A stretch of 64,000 nt of DNA. Origin: Macrostomum lignano (lineage: Eukaryota). The notes under the pieces are model-generated. The model saw only the letters and a list, made by a program, of their open reading frames with translations. It was not told the origin of the DNA and did no database searches. Location: the NCBI GenBank assembly GCA_002269645.1, contig NIVC01001409.1, positions 124,001-188,000 on the forward strand. Reading direction: 5' to 3'. The position numbers and the translations under genes are program-made. Below, piece by piece: positions 58,401 to 64,000 of the stretch (its first letter is position 1; each line of letters opens with the position of its first letter).

Positions 58401-61400
58401 TGGGCCGCCTGATCGGGGGCGGCGCTAAGGGGCCGGGTGAGTTGGGGCTGGGGTTCCTCGAGTCAGATGCTTGTACAGTGAGAGTCAGATGCTTGTACAG
58501 TGAGAGTCAGATGCTTGTACAGTGAGAGTCAGATGCACTTGTACAGTGAGAGTCAGATGCTTGTACAGTGAGAGTCAGATGCTCGTACAGTGAGAGTCAC
58601 ATGCTTGTACAGTGAGAGTCACATGCTTGTACAGTGAGAGTCAGATGCTTGTACAGTGAGAGTCAGATGCTCGTACAGTGAGAGTCACATGCTTGTACAG
58701 TGAGAGTCAGATGCTTGTACAGTGAGAGTCAGATGCTCGTACAGTGAGAGTCAGATGCTTGTACAGTGAGAGTCAGATACTTGTACAGTGAGAGTCAGAT
58801 GCTTGTACAGTGAGAGTCAGATGCTTGTACAGTGAGAGAATGCTCGTACAGTGAGAGTCAGATGCTCGTACAGTGAGAGTCAGATGCTTTTACAGAGTGA
58901 GATGCTTGTACAGTGAGAGTCAGATGCTTGTACAGTGAGAGAATGCTCGTACAGTGAGAGTCAGATGCTCGTACAGTGAGAGTCAGATGCTTGTACAGAG
59001 TGAGATGCTTGTAGACACGTGAGCAATATGGTGGCTTATAAAGATAAGTGTCAGAGACTAAGTGAGCAGTGTATGCACTAAGCAGTCACACTGAGCAGCT
59101 TAGGTTACGCGAGCTAATCCTGAGCAGCAAAAAACAGCAGATTAAAAAGTTAAAAGCGACATTAAGCTGCTGAGTCGGATGATGCAGCGTTGAAAGCCGT
59201 GGAATCTGCGATGAGCTGCAGGCAAACTGGTGCGAGAGCAGACCCCGGTGTACTCAGGCACTGCCGCCGAGAGAGCACTTCTACCCAGAGGAGATATCTC
59301 CCAGTGCTGATAAAATATTCAGGCCAGCCTTCCCAGCGAGCTGCTAAGGCAGCTTTTTTGTGACGCAGAAATTCTTAGATGCATTCACGGGCCAGCGATC
59401 AGGTTGAGGAGCCCTGAGATCTGCTACAGCTTTTGTCGCCAGGCTGGTTGCTGGCGTGGGGGGGGCTGCTCTAGGGGCAGCGCAGGGCGATTTTGCAGGA
59501 AAATGAAAGCGAGACCTGAGGGATGCTTAAGAAGCAACTTCTGGTGGCGTACAGCGCGTGGGAGGAGGGGGGGGGAGTTGGGCGCCTTCGCTCCAAGAGA
59601 AGGGGATGTTTCTCCCCGGGTTAATTGGCGGGTCGCCCTCGATGAGCTCGCTGACGGCTGCCGGAGACTGCAGCTTTGGCCTGGGAGGCTGGGAGACTCT
59701 TTGATGGAGGAGTAGGGTGAGGGGCTTGTAGGTGGGCCGCTGGAGAGTGAAAGGTGCTAACAGATGAGAGTCAGGTGCTAACAGATGAGAGTCAGGTGCT
59801 TTTAGATGAGAATCAGATGTCTATAAATAAGAATCAGATGTCTATAAACGAGAATCAGATGTCTATATCTGAGAATCAGATGTCTATAACTGAGAATCAG
59901 ATGTCTATAAATGAGAATCAGATGTCTATAAATGAGAATCAGATGTCTATAAATGAGAATCAGATGTCTATAACTGAGAATCAGATGTCTATAAATGAGA
60001 ATCAGATGTCTATAAACGAGAATCAGATGTCTATAAACGAGAATCAGATGTCTATAAATGAGAATCAGATGTCTATAAATGAGAATCAGATGTCTATAAA
60101 CGAGAATCAGATGTCTATAAACGAGAATCAGATGTCTATAAACGAGAATCAGATGTCTATAACTGAGAATCAGATGTCTATAACTGAGAATCAGATGTCT
60201 ATAACTGAGAATCAGATGTCTATAACTGAGAATCAGATGTCTATAAATGAGAATCAGATGTCTATAAACGAGAATCAGATGTCTATAAACGAGAATCAGA
60301 TGTCTATAACTGAGAATCAGATGTCTATAACTGAGAATCAGATGTCTCTAAATGAGAATCAGATGTCTATAAACGAGAATCATATGTCCATAAACGAGAA
60401 TCAGATGTCTATAAACGAGAATCAGATGTCTATGAATGAGAATCAGATGTCTATAAATGAGAATCAGATGTCTATAAATGAGAATCAGATGTCTATAAAC
60501 GAGAATCATTTATAAATAAATGAGAAGAGACAGACACTGAAAGCGAACAAAAACAAAGTCTCAGCAAAGTCTCAAACAGGAGAGAACTCAGTCTATATTC
60601 GTTGCAGCCATCGGCTCACGCAATGCCATCCCGAGGATAATTTTGTGCCATTCTGAGCTCTCTAAAGAAATTCGAGCCCCGACCTACAGCCGACTTTGCA
60701 GCCCTTCTCCCCCGCTCAGACGCTAGGCTGGGAGTTGGAGAAACAACTCTGTCTTTTTTCATCCCCGAGGTGAAGCGATGAGCGGAGAGTGACGGGCTGA
60801 GAGGAAACCGGTGTAAGGGAAGATTTAGTCAGCAGAGATAGACGACCGAGCGTTACTTTTTTGGCTGGGGAAGTCGCGCATGATCCCCGGGATCGAATGC
60901 GGCCATGCGTCTTCGTCCCCAAGTCAAGGGGATCAGTTTCCCGGGTACATCCCTGCCAGCAACAGAGATCTGCATTTTCTAGGAATATTCTTGAACTGGT
61001 ACGGGGACTGCTGCGAGCCGCCTAAGTGGCTTTGTGTGAGGGGATTCTCCGCGTAATTGAGTCTAGTGTGAGTACAGAGGGGATTCCCCAGGCAATTGAG
61101 TCTAGTGCGAGTACAGAGCGGATTCCCCGCGTAATTGAGTCCAGTGTGAGTACAGAATGGATTCCCCGCGTAATTGAGTCTAGTGTGAGTACAGAATGGA
61201 TTCCCCGCGTAATTGAGTCTAGTGTGAGTACAGAAGGGATTCCCCGCGTAATTGAGTCCAGTGTGAGTACAGAGGGGATTCCCCGTTTAATTGAGTCTAG
61301 TGTGAGTACAGAGGGGATTCCCCGTGTAATTGAGTCTAGTGTGAGTACACTGGGGTTCCCTGATTAAGTTCAGTAGAGATTTCCGATTGAGTATAGACGG

Positions 61401-64000
61401 GGGTTATTGCCCCATCGGCTAAGGCTTCTACCGGGTATTTCAAACCTGCGGAAACGAGTTTCTCAGTTGTCACTCGCAGACGCACGGCTCCTCTCTCGCT
61501 TATACAAATGGGCACTTGATGGAGGCGCTCTATGGAATATTTCAGCTTCAGACACGAGCCAAGATGTCTTAGAGTTGGCAGCAAAAACAATGCTTCCCGA
61601 AGACATACATAGGCTAGAAGGTGGCGCCCCGGCTTCTGACGGCGACTCCTTGATTTCAGCCACTTGAAGAATTTCTGTCTGTTGCAGGCTTAACACAAAG
61701 TTAAAGCCGACGTGGGGTCACTCTGCACCTAATCGAACAGTCACTCCACCAGAATCCAGGGGGTCACTCTGCACCTAATCGAACAGTCACTCCACCAGAA
61801 TCCAGGGGGTCACTCTGCACCTAATCGAACAGTCACTCCACAATGATCCTACATCCCGAAAGCTCCCAGACTCGCTCGCCGAGCCATCCGAGCTGCTCCA
61901 CCCGAAGCGCTCAAATGTCTGCGCGGGCTGCTGGGGGCCGCAGCACCGCCCATGAATTACTAGCGCTGGGCGGGTCCGGCCGGCCCGAGGAGGCTGAGAG
62001 GCTTGGCTTCATCTGGAGGAGGAGGAGGAGGAGGGGAACGTGGGTTCGAATCTCTAATTGAGGCGCAACACGACCCCCCCCCCTCTTAATGCAGTCCAGC
62101 GGGGGCCGCCCAGTTTCAACCGTCTCGGATGGAAAAACAGCAACGGGGAAATTGAGGATTGGACAAAACTGAACAGATAAAGGGGAGGCTGGGGAGAGAT
62201 GCGGGAATGGGGCCAGCATCCCCCCCCCATCATGCTGGGTGAAAACCACGGGAAAGTGGATTTGCAGAAAGTGGGTTCTGAGGATTTCTTGAAGGCCTGA
62301 AAGACCCGGATCAAGGGATCCCTTGCTTTCAGACTCTTCCCCATTTCCCCTTTCACTCTCTCTTTTGCGCGAGTATCCCCTGGCGGCTCTCATCGGCTCT
62401 CCTCCTGCCAGCCTGCGGTGCCAGCGAAACCGCCGCTGTAACCGGAACAGACCGGGGCCGACGGGGATATGGGAGATGGGAGGCTGGTAGCGGCGATGGA
62501 GCGAAGGAAGCTGTGCGCTGATTTTTTCCAGTCCGAAAATTGAGTGGCTGGCTGAATAAGTTGGCGGCTCTGTTTGACTGGAGAGGCCTCTGGCCGCTGC
62601 GTCACCGCTGCTGCCCTGGCCTCATTATCTCCTCCCTCATCACTCTCATTACCCTCATCACCCTCATCACTGTCATCACACTCATCACTCTCATCACTCT
62701 CATCACACTCATCACCCTCATCACTCTCATCACTCTCATCACTCATCACTCTTATCACTCTTATCACACTCATCCCCTCATCACTCTCATCCCCTCATCA
62801 CTCTCATCCCTCTCATCACTCTCATCACTCTCATCACCCTCATCACTCTCATCACTCTCATCACTCTCATTACCCTCATCACCCTCATCACTCTCATCAC
62901 TCTCATCACTCTCATCAGTGTCATCACTCTCATCACTCTTATCACTCTCATCAGTGTCATCACTCTCATCACTCTTATCACTCTCATCACCCTCATCGCT
63001 CTCATCACCCTCATCACACTCATCACCCTCATCACTCTTATTACCCTCATCACCCTCATCACTCTCATCACCCTCATCACTCTCATCACTCTTATCACTC
63101 TCATTACCCTCATCACTCTCATCACCCTCATCACCCCCATAACTTTCATCCCCTCATCACTCTCATCACTCTCATCACTCTCATCACTCTTATTACCCTC
63201 ATCACTCTCATCACTCTCATCACCCTCATCACTCTCATCACTCTTATCACTCTCATTACCCTCATCACTCTCATCACCCTCATCACCCCCATAACTTTCA
63301 TCCCCTCATCACTCTCATCACTCTCATCACTCTCATCACTCTTATCACCCTCATCACTCTCATCACTCTCATCACTCTCATCACTCTTATCACCCTCATC
63401 ACTCTCATCACTCTCATCGCTCTCATCACCCTCATCGCCCTCATCACCCTCATCACCCTCATCACTCTCATCACTTTCATCACTCTCATCACTCTCATCA
63501 CTCTCATCGCTCTCATCACCCTCATTACCCTCATCACTCTCATCACCCTCATCACCCCCATAACTTTCATCCCCTCATCACTATCATCACTCTCATCACT
63601 CTCATCACTCTTATCACCCTCATCACTCTCATCACTCTCATCACTCACATCACTCTCATCACACTCATCACTCTCATCACTCTCATCGCTCTCATCACCC
63701 TCATCGCCCTTATCACCCTCATCACCCTCATCACTCTCATCACTCTCATCACTCTCATCACCCTCATCACCCTCATCACTCTCATCACTCTCATCACTCT
63801 CATCACACTCATCACTCTCATCACTCTCATCGCCCTCATCACTCTCATCACTCTCATCACCCTCATCGCTCTCATCACCCTCATCGCCCTCATCACCCCC
63901 ATTACTCATTCGCAAACTCGCCTCCCTTACCACCAGCTTGACTCCGCCCCCTCTCTCCGCTTCAGGGATTTTCTTCGTCCTGCCGTGCATCGAGAGCTAC
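54047..64000 (+). CDS. stomatin/MEC-2-like SPFH (band 7) protein, 5' part; continues beyond the window
   Basis: Exons 54047-54290 (less certain first exon), 58072-58178, 58364-58436 and 63966-64000, phases 1,0,1. The spliced sequence CAWALTIFSYVIAGLTFPLSLFVCLK|VVQEYERAVIFRLGRLIGGGAKGP|GIFFVLPCIESY matches the stomatin/MEC-2 hairpin and SPFH start. Confidence 0.88.
54308..54712. repeat. 20-bp purine-rich minisatellite, stomatin-like intron 1
   Basis: ACAGGGAGACCGGAAGAGTG, ~20 copies. Confidence 0.95.
55368..56086. repeat. compound tetranucleotide microsatellite (GTTA)n then (GTCA/GGCA)n
   Basis: direct inspection. Confidence 0.95.
57639..57832 (+). mobile_element. tRNA-derived SINE-like element, copy 2 (longer)
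   Basis: tRNA-like head GGGGCCGCAGCCCAGCGGTAGCGC..GTGCCAGCGACCCAGGCTCGATTC; tail shared with the copy at 21490. Confidence 0.7.
58460..59012. repeat. 22-bp minisatellite, stomatin-like intron 3
   Basis: AGTCAGATGCTTGTACAGTGAG, ~25 copies, starting ~25 bp after the donor. Confidence 0.95.
59754..60510. repeat. 21-bp minisatellite, stomatin-like intron 3
   Basis: GAGAATCAGATGTCTATAAAT, ~35 copies; the ENQMSIN ORF is its translation. Confidence 0.95.
61040..61350. repeat. 39-bp minisatellite x8
   Basis: GGGATTCCCCGCGTAATTGAGTCTAGTGTGAGTACAGA(G/A). Confidence 0.93.
61714..61842. repeat. ~46-bp repeat x~2.7
   Basis: GGGGTCACTCTGCACCTAATCGAACAGTCACTCCACCAGAATCCAG. Confidence 0.88.
62630..63905. 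repeat. 9-bp repeat array (TCATCACTC / TCATCACCC), ~1.3 kb
   Basis: Ends ~60 bp before the acceptor at 63965; the ITL/SSL/HHS/DES/MRV ORFs are its translations. Confidence 0.95.

Noticed and set aside
62390-63990. Long ITL/SSL/HHS/DES/MRV ORFs
   Set aside because: They are translations of a 9-bp repeat lying in the intron before the stomatin-like exon at 63966.
1-64000. CRISPR-like interpretation of the many short-period arrays
   Set aside because: The units are contiguous with no unique spacers, there are no cas genes, and the context is intron-containing eukaryotic DNA.

Overview
Eukaryotic (animal) genomic DNA, not prokaryotic. It has GC-rich exons with poly-Q/poly-A tracts, canonical GT-AG introns, and a minisatellite in almost every intron. 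That style resembles the flatworm Macrostomum lignano, but the organism is inferred, not shown. Three host genes were reconstructed exon by exon with consistent splice phases: ACOT9-like acyl-CoA thioesterase (minus, ~19.3-21.3 kb), a 14-exon HUWE1 HECT E3 ligase (plus, 28.3-49.6 kb, ~3,900 aa, one 1-bp frameshift) and the 5' part of a stomatin/MEC-2-like gene (plus, from 54.0 kb, truncated by the window end). The left third is mobile and satellite DNA: a 181-bp satellite ending in a hairpin, an animal EnSpm/CACTA-type element (transposase plus a divergent spliced DUF4806-like gene with an (EAKAAA)19 repeat), a hAT-type MITE and a 664-bp x ~7.8 array. A DD34D mariner relic and two copies of a tRNA-derived SINE lie further right. 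The most unusual observations are: (1) a 298-bp MITE with TIRs and 8-bp TSD carrying a 28S rRNA core fragment whose mismatches cluster on the R2/I-PpoI cut site; (2) a ~6-kb CpG desert with TpA/TAG excess between ACOT9 and HUWE1; (3) a different minisatellite in nearly every intron, several multimerising canonical transcription-factor motifs (CRE, DR1, kB). All alignments and counts were done by eye, and family assignments rest on remembered motifs rather than database searches.
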